Shown here one piece after another: positions 34,181 through 46,404 of a DNA stretch of 64,000 nt; the first letter of the stretch is position 1; every line of letters starts with the position of its first letter. The position numbers and the translations under genes are program-made. The notes under the pieces were generated by a model. The model was not told where the DNA came from. It made no database searches and saw only the letters and a program-made list of their open reading frames with translations. Location of the stretch: contig OX597829.1 in NCBI GenBank assembly GCA_951406725.2, positions 27,094,001-27,158,000 on the forward strand, written 5' to 3'. Source of the stretch: Octopus vulgaris. Taxonomy: Eukaryota.

Positions 34181-37100
34181 ATATATATATAATATGTATG
34201 CATTTATCTCTTGTAAATATAGAAGAAACTGAGGTAAGAAAACTGCTTTTATGCATTCTAATCCTTATTAATACCAAAGATTATTCAAATACAACCTGGC
34301 TTATATTTGCAATGTAGTGGAAATTGCTAATGTGACTGACTAAATATGAGTTAAGCATAACTAAACTAACTTATCAGAATAACCAATTGGAAAGATTAGT
34401 TCCATATAGACATAAGAGATAATTATCAATTTGGTAACTTGAGTGTTCAATTCAACATTAGATATTACAGCTGAAATATTATATAGTACAGCTGATATGC
34501 TATAAGATTCAGAGGAAATAGAAGTAGTTAACTTTCATACAATATTGAAATTCTAAATAATGGCTGCTCTTTCAGCAAATACTCAACTGCAGCAATGTTT
34601 GAAGAAAGAAAAATTAAAGCTCTGATCGTCTAATGAATTTAATAATGAGTCTTGCAAAATAATGCTAGGCTAGTTAAATCTGAGTACCACAAATGTCATA
34701 TTCCATGTAAGGAATATGAAACCAAATTCAAAAGTTTTACAGTGCAGTATTGATTCTGTTGAAACTTCAGATGTGAAAAATAGTTCTGGCAGCAAGATGA
34801 TTGACAGTATAGTCAACATAGTACCATTTCTATCTGGAACAATGTTGCAGAATAAAAGACAGTGGATTAGTCCAGTAAAATACAGAAGAGCTTTTCATTG
34901 TTTGGTTAAACAATTAAGATGGTACAAGCTATCATAAGAGCTTGAACTAGTAAAAGAAACAATGATAGTCAACTTAGCTTGTGTGAGTCCATATGGCTAA
35001 TCTCAAGTTATAAAGCATGAAAATATACATGTCAAAATGTGACTAATAGAAAAAAAGATTTTTATATCAAAGACCCATATTCTCGACATTACTTACGTTT
35101 TTGTTTGTCTTTTTTCTTCTATCAGTGATACAATCTTATAAATAAATATAAAAAAATACGAATAAGAAATCCTCTATGCAAGCATTATATCATTCCCTTT
35201 TGTGTTCATCTGAAGTAGGAATTCTTAAAAATTCTTCTTTTGATTCTTTTGTATTTGTTTATAATGCTCACTACTTCAGGAGTCTCAACAGAGATGAATA
35301 CATCTTTTGTAGCTTGTAGAATTGGAAATCTTCTTTTCTGATGCACATCTATTTCATGTGTAAATTATCTTCCTTCTGCTAAGGTTTTATTTCATATTAC
35401 TAATTGCATTACTTGCACAAAACTGAATTACTAGATAGTTGCTTTCTATACATATTTGTATACTAACTATAGCTATAATCATGTGTTCTTTTCATTTTCA
35501 CTATTCTTTCCAGTCTTGCTTCTATAGATATGCTTCATTCTGAATATAACATTAATTTGTATGCAATCTTAATATTATGCATACATTCACCTTCATAATT
35601 TAGTCTGTAGGCATTCTGTAGATGCATATCCTCATCGTATCATTTTATTTCACAGCAGTTTCTGGTGAAGTTCACTTAACAATATTGTCACTATTGGGTT
35701 TTGCTCATTATTTGGTTTCATAAATTATTAATCAATTATATCCTCTATGGTGTTAAGACTAGTTTTTCTGTCCTTACATCTAAAGAGTAAGTTGGCTTCA
35801 TTTGAAACAATTATCTATTTCATATTTTTCTCCTTTATTCTTTTTTTTTTTATTATTATTTATTTTTATTAGTCTACCAAAACTATTTAATGTTGTGATC
35901 ATTAATTTAACCATTACTTATACTTCTTTGGAGTAGAGGTTCAAATCAATTATGTTATTGCCTTTGATCTCTGTTAGTTTGTTGACCAGAAAAAACTTTT
36001 AACTTCTCAGAATTTTTACTTATCTCTAGTAAGTTTTGGTTTCTCAGTGTGTTATATTTGAAATCAAATATATATTCTTCTATACTGTTAGTCTGGTATA
36101 TTGGTAAATGTTTAAAACTAAAGAACTTTTTAAAAAAAATTTTCAATGTCCAGAGGGATTTATAATATCCATTGAAAATAATTATGCTAATATATTTTAC
36201 TGTATTAAGAATGTAATATTTTAATCACATGTATTCTATTGATGTTTTTAGAAGAATGCTAACACTTGGAATATCTAGTTAGAATTCACCACTAACATTC
36301 ATTGTAATGTAAACTGCCTTCTAATTTCACTTAAGTCTTAGGACTTGTGATGTAGATAGATGAGAAATAAATCTTTTCCTTGAACATTATGACGCTGCTC
36401 AATAACGTATAACATACTTAGGACTTAGGTGAACTTAGGCAATTTAGAATAAAGTGTAGTTAAAAGATGAAATACTTGCTGTATATTTGAACTCATAGCT
36501 TATGAAGTATCCTAGTACACTCTTAATTCTTAAAGTCCTACAGTGCTTTTTTTACTTTCTTTGTATAAAATTATGAAAATATAATTAAAACATATGTTTG
36601 GATGAGATTTATTGATACAATATGAAAGATTGTGACTTGGACATTTACTGTTACAGTTGATTTTTGTTGCTGTCATGTCACTTTCACCTGCTAAGATGGT
36701 TGAGAAAAGTTAAGTTGATTAGACATAGGTGTTTTTACATATGTTTACAAGATAGTGATTCCTGGATGTCAATTCTCAGAAATGTATTTGTTTCTATTTG
36801 TCTGTAATTTGGAAGCTACAGAACTTCTTATAGAAAAAAAAATCCAATATATACCTTAATTGCTTCCTTTTAAAGGTTTTGTAAGACACTAACATTATTT
36901 ACACTTAATGTAATAATTATGCCTTTCTCCTAAATCTATCATTATACAGATCCTTAAATTTAAAATATATCAATAAATATTTAAAATAAGAATGTTTGCC
37001 ATCTCCTAATATAATAATGAGCATAGTGTTTTTATATATTTGTGTATGTGTGTGTATATATTTGTCCATAATCATGCGGTAGGTATGAATGATGAAGGGA

Positions 37101-37439
37101 GAGAAGAGAAAATAGTAATTCAGTGTGTGTATGCATGTGTGTTTGTGTAAAATATATATTTGAATGAATGTATATCTGTTCATATATGGTTATTTAGAAA
37201 GATACAAAGAAAATAATATTACATACACATGCGCATTTACACATACATATACATATATAAACAAACACACTTAAAAAAGAAGGAAGTGAGCTGTGACAAA
37301 GTATAGAAAACCGCATTCGCTATAGACTGTGCTACTCACACACATAAATGTATAGAAATGCACACACACATATACTCACATAGTTGAAGCACTGTTTGAT
37401 TTTTCCCCCCACCTTTTTGTACCCTTTTTATATATAAAA

Positions 37440-38612
37440 CTAGCAGTATCGCCCGGCGTTGCTCGGGTTGTAAGGGAAATAACTATATAAGCATTTTTAG
37501 AGAGTTATAGCCAAAAAATAGCAAAAAAATGCATTAAAAATTGAAAAAAAATTAAGGTAAATTTTTTTTTTAAATCGTTGACACATCGTACATATTTTTA
37601 GAGAGTTACTTCCCTTATATAAAAGTGAAAAAAATGCATTAAAATGGAAAAATATGATGGTAAATTTTTTTTAAATCGTAGACTCATCGTAGACGCGTGC
37701 TAATACCCAGAAGGGCTCGATATGAATCACGACTATAAGATACCCGCTTTTGGTTAAACTGCACCGCAAAATGTGGGAGTAGTTAGGAATCTAAATCGTA
37801 GGAGACAGACACACAACTTCACTCTTATATAAAGATGCTTTTTTTTTCAGTCATAGAGTTAGATTTATGAAGGTCTTCAGTAGAAAATCCTTCGAATTCT
37901 GACTCGCTGCTTGATATAATGAAATTCGTATCCATTTGTTGTCAGAATTACAAATTTTGAAAACACAATAGGAACAAATTTCGGAAAAAAATCTCCCATA
38001 ATTCACGGAATTAAAATTACACTTCGATTTTTGTACAAAACTGTATTTGAAGTGTTTACGAAGTATAATACGTGTTTTCACGAATGTACTAAAGAGATTT
38101 ACTCTGATATTCTCATTTAAATATGAATAGGTAAATTCGGGCGGTTTGGTAACGAAAGGGTTTATATAAGTGTCGTCTGTTTATACATAAACACTGTTTC
38201 ATACTTTCAGTTTAGTCTTCCTCAAATCACTTTGTCGTTATTTACTCTCTTCCAAGAACATTTTCACTCACTCTTATCTGTTAGCTTGCCATACATTTTA
38301 CTCATGTATCTATCAGCGTGATAGACAGAAACAAATATTACATCTAGTTTCACTTTATTCGTTGCACACTGTGCGTGCGTTTGCGTGTGCTGTAAACCAG
38401 ACTAAGAAAAGCATTTGACATACACACCAGAATGTGAGTTTTCTGTAAATTTTGCTTAATTGGAGTTTAAATTTTAAAAACTGGACCTGGCAAAACCCGA
38501 TGCATTCTACTCTTAAAAATGCTAGGTAAATTGTAATTGAAGAAATCCTATATTTTAGATTTCTATAAGATACAAAGGGAGGCAGATAAAATCTGCCTTT
38601 TATAATAAGAGA
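37440..38612 (-). mobile_element. Non-autonomous Helitron with one 3' end and two 5' ends
   Basis: The 3' hairpin cccgagcaacgccggg is followed by 8 nt and CTAG|T at 37440. A|TC 5' termini occur at 37835 and 38612. There is an internal ~105-bp tandem duplication, and CpGs are retained. Confidence 0.8.
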
Positions 38613-38772
38613 TACTACAATTAGCCATCATTTTTGACAGCATAGGGTCAATGAAACCATTGATGCAATTTCAGCTATGTGGTTGTTCCACACTTGCTCA
38701 GAATGTATAAATCCTGATATCATTTAGGTAGTTGAAATTTACCGCTTACACTGAAATGTTACTCTAATTAAA

Positions 38773-38875
38773 TCTTTATATATAAAAGAGAGGTTGTGTG
38801 TCTGTCTCCTACGATTTAGATTCCTAACTACTCCCACATTTTGTGGTGCAGTTTAACCAAAACCGGGTATCTTAT
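38773..38875 (+). mobile_element. Helitron 5' end fragment, inverted copy of 37735-37835
   Basis: A|TCTTTATATATAAAAGAGAGGTTGTGTGTCTGTCTCCTACG...; the 83-nt core differs from its partner at only 2 positions. Confidence 0.85.
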
Positions 38876-40222
38876 CCTTAATGAATTATATCCTTAAATT
38901 CTCGCCTCAGAAGTATTGTCATTATGCCTGACAAATCAAAGGAGAAAAAATTCACTTGATAAATGTTGAAAACCAGCATAAATGTCGGAAACAGGAAATT
39001 TTTAGACAAGAAACTAATGAAGCTAATTTTTGTTTTTTGCATAAAAGAGTGCCTTAGCTCCAACAACTCCAATTCAACCTCAAATAACAACACTATTTGA
39101 ATTGGAGTTTTGGATTTGGCAACAACTGTAGATATCTATAGTGTAGTACTAATTTAAGAGTTAAGTTAGCCTTTGCAAATCCTTGTTCTATCGATTAATT
39201 TCATTTTTCTTTGTCTTAGTTTTTTTTTTACAAACACTTTCTCAAGGCCGTGGACAAAGCATAAGCAATGAGAAATGGGATTTTTTTCTTTTTTGTTGTA
39301 GCTTTTGTAAGAAAAATTTTCTTTATATCAAAATAAAATTTGACTAAATACAAGTCAGATGAAACTAAACATCAATTGAGTGTCATTGTTTAATACTAGG
39401 GCAGCATTAATTGATCAAAATTTACGACTATTCTGTTTTCGTATCAGGATTGCATTGTTTTCCTTCTGTATATTTTCCTAATAGCAACATGTTATAATCA
39501 ATGTTGGTTATTTAAAGTTAGTGATTGAAAGTAAATGTCCTAAGCCAGGTAAGACAACTCAGCCCAAGGCCTTGCTCACCTTGTGGCAAATTGTTTCGCC
39601 TGGTCTGGGATATTCAGTATTCTATAATGCTTGGTGTTATGTAGGGAACATTGCCAGGATGCGATCCTGCAGCAAATTGGCACATAAACAAAACACATAC
39701 AATATGTGGCATACATATACTGAGTGTAAATGGCCTAGGGGTTAAGGTTGATTCATGATCATAAGATTGTGGGTTAAATTCCTGGACTGGGGTGGGGGTG
39801 GGGGGGCACTTTATGTCCTTGAGCAAGGTACATCATTTCCCATTGCTCCAGTCTACTCAGTTAAATATAAGTACCAGCCTGTCATATTAGTTTTGAGGTG
39901 TATCTTTCTGAGCTTCAGGATAATAATTTCTTCAGCTTTGCTCTATCCCTAAATCTGTATAATATTCCTGTTTCCCAATTTCAACATACATTTACTTGCA
40001 CTTCATATTCAAAGTGTAATAATATTTTTTAGCATGTTGCTAATGCCCAGTTGTATACATAACTTAACTGTATTCAGTTGTCTGTCAATTTCATGTCATT
40101 CATTACAGAATCAAACTTATCTTTCCAAAAATTCTCCAACATTCTTAGTGTTTTTTTTTTTTTTTGTCATATAAAAGTCACCATCCTCATACAAATACAT
40201 TTTAACACACACACGCACGTAT

Positions 40223-40987
40223 GAGAGGTGACTCCAGGTCATCATCATCACTCGGGCTCATTGATTTCGCATAAGACACCTGCCTGCTCGAAGAACTTAT
40301 GTTTTTCTGCAATTTCAAATAGCTTTTTTTTTTTTTTTATATCTCACACTGTTTTTATTCTTTTCTAAGTTAAAGGTAAAAATAAAGCAAAACAGATCTG
40401 TTCTTTACAGACAGTCACACAGAATAACAGCAATGAAATAATGACAACAGAGTGCACAACAAACATCTGCAATCTGATTGTTGCCTGTGCTCTTGACAAA
40501 AGATGCCAATTAGTCTTTTACACCTATCAGGCTCATTTGTATTAGTCTGAATTGCTGGATAACTTTTTGTTCCTTTAAAAATATTGTAGAACGGAAACTT
40601 TTCATAGATTGGAATTTAAATCCTAATCTCTATAGAAATTTATTGTTTCAAGAAAACGTTGAATTTGAATTATTAATTTTTATGATTATAGGGAACAACT
40701 CAGGCTGTAACTTCTGAGCCCGAGTCAGGTGCATTTGAACAATGTCAAGAGAATGTCTATTACAAATGATATTTTTTGACACAGGACACCTCTAAGATGA
40801 CCACCAGACGCTGAATGAAAATTGATGAACTGTGACCAGGCTTAATAAAAAGAGCCTGAGTTATTGGCTGCATTTACATACTTGAAGTCAGTGTTGGCAG
40901 AAATTAAATAAGCTTGCAAATACACGTTCGCTTTACTAAATTTATACTTGGGCTAAGCCCGAACAGCCCAAGTGTCAGTCGCCACTG
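40223..40987. mobile_element. Possible hAT-like non-autonomous element
   Basis: Right end agtcgccactg (CAGTGGCGACT) versus left end gagaggtgact, with repeated subterminal cgggct/agcccg motifs. No clear TSD. Confidence 0.4.
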
Positions 40988-41699
40988 ATATACATATATA
41001 AAATAAAATAAAACAATTCACTTGTGGTAGTACTAGTTTGCAACATATTTTCCTTCTACTACACACTATGCTGTCATTGACTTCAATCTCGATACTAATT
41101 AGATCTCTTATATAACAACCTAACCTGTTACTACCCCCTAGTAAACTGTCATAAAGTTGATGTTGATTCATATTCTGTTTCTTACCTTGCCTTATTGAAT
41201 TGCTAAATTTGGCAGAGCCTCACTGCAATTCCACTTGGAATTTGAAGATAACTTCTTAGAAAATAATCATATCACATTCTCTTTTCTTTGTTTTGGAGGC
41301 CTCTTCTGCATTCACCTTAGCTCTGTTCAATTTCCAACTTCTTCATTTAACGTCCCTTATTTAAAACTTCAAACAATTTATGTTTAGGATTTATTTCTTT
41401 ATCAAAAAAAGATAACTGTCATGCTGTTGGCATCAATACACTCATTTTTCTTTTCTTGCATATGTTACACGTATCTTCTCCAGAACATTCTTTTCATATG
41501 TTGTGATCATTCGTCGTCTTGTTCATAATGATCAGCATTTTGAGACCACCATTTCTCTTCATATCTTCCATGTTTCTCAGTTTTTCTCCTTCATAGTTTC
41601 CTTCATATACATTAGCATACCAATGCAGTTTCCTTCATTACACATTTTTTACTGTTTTTTTTTTCTTTCAGCTCATTTGTGCTCTTTTATTTAATACAC

Positions 41700-43100
41700 A
41701 TTAACATTACATATCTAATAGAGCATATTCAATTCGTGTCTTTCTAGTTTTCACACATTCTCCATATTCAGCACCTACATTTTGCTACCATACAACATCA
41801 CATTTTGTTGAGATAATAGCTCCCAAAACTTTTCCTCCTTTGACTGCCATGTTTTCAGTACATCTGCTTCCACAAGTAATTAGAACATTTAGGTAAGAAA
41901 AACTATCAACTACTTCTATGGAACCTTGTAAGCTCTTGAAATAATTTATTTAATGAGTGCTCTTACTGCTAAATACTCCTTGCGTCTGCCCTACAGAAAG
42001 CCTTTCTTGTGTCACATAGTTTACATTAAATATTCAATATGGAATTCCTATCAACTCTGTTTCTACATCTTGAACATAGCCACTTTTCAAAAAACAGTCC
42101 CTTTTTATCTTCTTTCATCATCATCTAATGTTTGTCTTCCATGCTGTTATGTATTAGACTGTTCGATAAGATCTAACAAGTTGGGGGGAGTGCTTCATGC
42201 TCCAGTGTTAACTTTTGCATAGTTTCTATGGCTGGTTGCCCTTCCTAACACCAACTACCTTACAAACTGTAGTGGATGCTTTGTTATGGCTCCAACACTT
42301 GTGAAGTCATCTTACAACAAGGGCATAAAATAACCCCTATTATTGAAAGATAGGTGTAATAATTCTAGGCAAGAAATGAGAAATAGTAAAATATAATAAG
42401 AAACAGATTTATAATTCTGTGAGCATGGTAGTGGAGAGCTGCTAACTAAGCCTTTTGTCCTTACTAGAATTACCTTAAAGCCCCCAATTTTAGGTTTTGC
42501 TTTTGTTTGGAATTTGTTCTAAATCTTTGATAGGTTCAATTAAAAGAACTAGGTTGTTCAAAGTATGAGATCTCTGCAGGTAGCCAGTCTAAAACTTTTT
42601 TGTTATCATCTAAACAAATTGTAGGCGACTAAGAACCATGCCCTGATGATCACCTACCTGCATTCCAAATTAGTTTAACTAATCTTCATGTTGCTGTTGA
42701 CGTCTCTGTATATAGCTTTCATGGCTCTAAACTACACTACTTAGTGCTCATAAAATTACAGAGCATGGAACCTTTCCAGATGATGAATACTAGGTGCAAT
42801 GGCTTACTCTTAGTTCTCTCTTCTCCTGCAGTCAGTAAACTCTCATAGTAACATTTCAAAGCCTGTTTCTTCTCAGTGTTGGTGAGAGTAAGTGTACTGT
42901 TGTCATTCTGAACATGTATTTTTCCAACAACATGGCGACTCACATCATAACACAGCTTTGCAATCCAGAACACCTCATATCTCTGATCCATTCATTGCAG
43001 AACATATACTTTCTGCTTCTCTACTTTTAGCTTTCTTAATGTTCCTTATTTTTCCCTTCCAATTTTCCAGACCTAGGAATTCCTAGTTCTCTTGTATGTC
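41700..43100 (-). mobile_element. Fragmented RTE-type LINE relics
   Basis: Reverse-complement similarity to parts of 57480-59115 (gaagtagttgatagttt..cctaaat; gtagatcatcagggcatggttcttagtc, a GV.QG.VLSP-like motif). Confidence 0.5.
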
Positions 43101-44639
43101 ATAGGCCTACATCTCACCCTTCTTTTGTACATATACATCTCTTAGAACTGCTTGAACTTATGTCTGGTAGAGGGCCTGTGTTCAGTTTTCATACCTTTCT
43201 TCTTCAGTTTGTCTTGTGCTTTGAGTTCATTTAGCTCTTATTTTAAAGTCACTAGACTTTGTTGAGTTGTACATTCTTCACTGGCAAATGACTTAGTATT
43301 CATGATTATCTGTTTATCATGGTGAGTTTGAAGGCTATCTGGCTTGTGTGTTCACCTGAGTGACAGGTGATCAGGTTGCTGGTCAGTTTTCCTTATTACA
43401 AATGGGTGAAATCATTTGTCATAAAAATTCCAAGATTATTTAATCCTTCTCCTTCATACCATATTCTTAGTTTTCAAGTTTACTAGTGTAGCTAACATAG
43501 TGTTACTCAATATGTCTATTAAAGTGACCAGCCATTTTAACAAGGTTGCTGTCATCTATTTTCAAGTTGGTCTGTAAGAGAACCTTATAGAAGCAGTTAT
43601 GCTTATCTACCAGTCTTGATTGTGGCACATATGTAAAGTTAATTGAAGCTGTCAAGTTGCTCATGACTAGATTCAGCTTAATTATTCTATCATATATTGT
43701 ATCTGAATTATTTTATGTCTTTCTTTATCAACAGTTTACAAATTCCATTCACCCAGAATTTATACCTATGTTCCTTGTCTAAGGAATCTGACTGAAGTTC
43801 CCACATAATCTAACCTTTTGTTCACAGCACACATTCTCTCATCTCTGAGCCAGCATCTCTGCAATTTTTCTATACCTAACTTTCATTGTACCAACATTGG
43901 CAGCATTTGTAAAATTTTGTTCTTAACAAAAAGTGGGAGGGTGAGTTTCATATTTGGAGGAGTCAAGTGGGTGGATTATCGTCTCTTGTTTGTTTTTCTA
44001 TATCTGAAAGGAAGAGAAATTGTGCCTATGGAAATTTGCCAGTTGTTTAATCCATTTGGGATATTACCATTACCTTGTATACTAAATTTCATAGTAGTTG
44101 AGTTAATGCATAGCAATTTTCTTTTATAGAAAGCAAGAATAAAAAGTCCCTTTAGAAGGTTTTGTACATACCTTCTAGTAAGATTTTCAAGAAAGGTGCT
44201 CTTGAAATTTGTGCTTTGAGTTTTGTAATAGACAGATAAGCAGAAAAGGTGAAGTGTAGTTTAGAATCTGGACTTAGTTTGGGTATATTTATATGCAAAT
44301 CATGAATTGTTTCTTTGAAATTATAAGATAATCTCTTGCATATTACTTTTTGAATGAAGAATTTGGCTGATAATAAATAACAGCAACTAGAATATGCAGC
44401 TGAGTTTAATTATCTGTATTTTTAGCACTGATAATACATTTTCAGTGGGGTGAGGAAAAGGTATATTGCATGATAATGGTTTATGAATACTGTTATATAA
44501 TACAAGTGCATTTTCTGTTGCAATCATAATGCAATATTCATTTTTGCTCAGTACTTACATAATGGATATAGAAAAGGATTAATATCAGAATGAATATTAT
44601 ATTTTGTCCAAGAATTCCTATTTTAATCTTAGTTGTTAT

Positions 44640-44975
44640 ATCTTTTATCTACTATTTGTTTTAGTCATTAGATTGTGGCCATGCTGGGGCACCATCTGGA
44701 AGAATTTTAATCAAGTTTACCCAAGTATTTATTATTTGTAAAGCCTGGTACTTATTCTATTGATCTCTTGCTGAACCACTAAGTTATGGGGATGTAAACA
44801 CACACACATACATATGATGGGCTTCTTTCAGTTCCTGTCTACCAAATCTACTCACAAGGCTTTGGTTAGCCTGAGGCTATAGAAGAAACTTACTCAAGGT
44901 GCCACACTGTGGTACTGAACCTGGTTTCATGTGGTTGGGAAGCAAACTTTTTGAAACACAGCCATGACTACACCT
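44640..44975 (-). mobile_element. CORE-type SINE
   Basis: Head-to-tail reverse-complement match to 4579-4939. Confidence 0.85.
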
Positions 44976-46360
44976 ATAGGTTAAAAATTTTTATCCCAAT
45001 TTATATATATTTTTCCAAGATTTATTTAATTTGTAAATAGTAATGAAGTTTCTTTGTGAAACTGTTTAGTGCACTATAGTCATAGTACACAATATTTAAT
45101 GCTAGCAAATTCAACATTATTAACACATTAATATTTCTTTAATTCTCTATTGTTTTTCATTACAAAATTTGAAAAATTGTCTCCTATTAAATCCAACAAA
45201 TGTTAGATTTTTGCCAATTTAATTTTGTGAACTGTGACTTGGTACCTGTCTGATCAGTTTAAAGTTAGCAAGTTTTGATTTATATATTGCATTACAAGAA
45301 ATAGTTTGCCTTTTAAACGTAATTCAAATGAGGAGGGGTTGTAAATTGCCAGTATTGTTCAATTACAGCAGATAAAAAAATTTTTTTTAAACTAATCAGG
45401 AAGAATTGCAAAAATGTTCAATTCTGACATATCACAATAATGACGCTTGCTAAAAATTAGGTTGATTTTTAATGTTAATCACTTATCATAATGTACTATT
45501 CATATGTGAGAGACAGACAGACGTGTGATTGTTTTATGTTAGTTAAAATTACATTCTTTAGCCTTATAGCTTTTTATTTACATTTGAGTAACACATTTTA
45601 TGAACTTATAAACATTGAAAAACATTGTAAAGACTTTTCGCAGAATAGAAAGAATAGGCTACTAATTTTTCAAGTTCATTGCGAAGTAAGCTAATATCAA
45701 TTTTTTGCAATAAACTGAATTTTGAGATATAATTTAAAATATATATATTTATTAGGTTCAAGTTAGGTTTCTTTTTCAAGCTAAAGATAAATAACCATAA
45801 ATAGATTAGAACGTGTTCAAAGAGATAAAAAAAAAATTCCTGTGTAATTGTTTCTTTATTTAGTATGTTGCATAGCATATAAAATCCTGACAATTGAAAA
45901 TACTTTGTTAAAATACTCATTATTGTACTGTATTGTTTTATAATAGCGTGATACAACAAAAGGACACAATTAAAAAGGGTATCAGAAATATTTAGTAACT
46001 TTAGTTTATTAAATGTGATTGGTTAATTCAGCTAGATTAGGTCCTAAAAATAAACATTACAGGAACTTCAGAGAGAACTTCTCATTGTGCTAATATTTTT
46101 TATATCCAAATAAATCTTCCTTACATTTTCTTTTTTCATTTGAAATATTTTGAAGATAATTTTAAATTATCTAATCACTTTTATAATCACGCTTAAAAAA
46201 GGAGTTTATTGTATTTTCTTTAATGAATTGATTTATACACAGTCTGCCATATGATAAACAATTCCTACAAAAAGTTAAGTAGAAAGCTTATGTAAATATT
46301 ATAATTGTTATTAAATAATATCAAAATTTACTATTTTCAAATTATTCAGAATGTGTCTCT

Positions 46361-46404
46361 TTTTCTGCTGAAGAGCGAGTCCAATCACAAAATAGTCCAT
46401 AGAA
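46361..46404 (+). pseudogene. Decayed minimal hammerhead ribozyme
   Basis: ttttctg-CTGAAGA-gcga-gtccaa-tcac-AAAA-ta-GTC-catagaa. Reverting two G-to-A changes restores tcgc-GAAA. Confidence 0.5.

Noticed and set aside
39789-39806. G-run with G-quadruplex potential
   Set aside because: A short G expansion inside a decayed SINE, with no other support.
41880-41900. tttag|gtaag possible recursive splice site in the 33-kb intron
   Set aside because: No polypyrimidine tract, and it lies in an antisense RTE relic.
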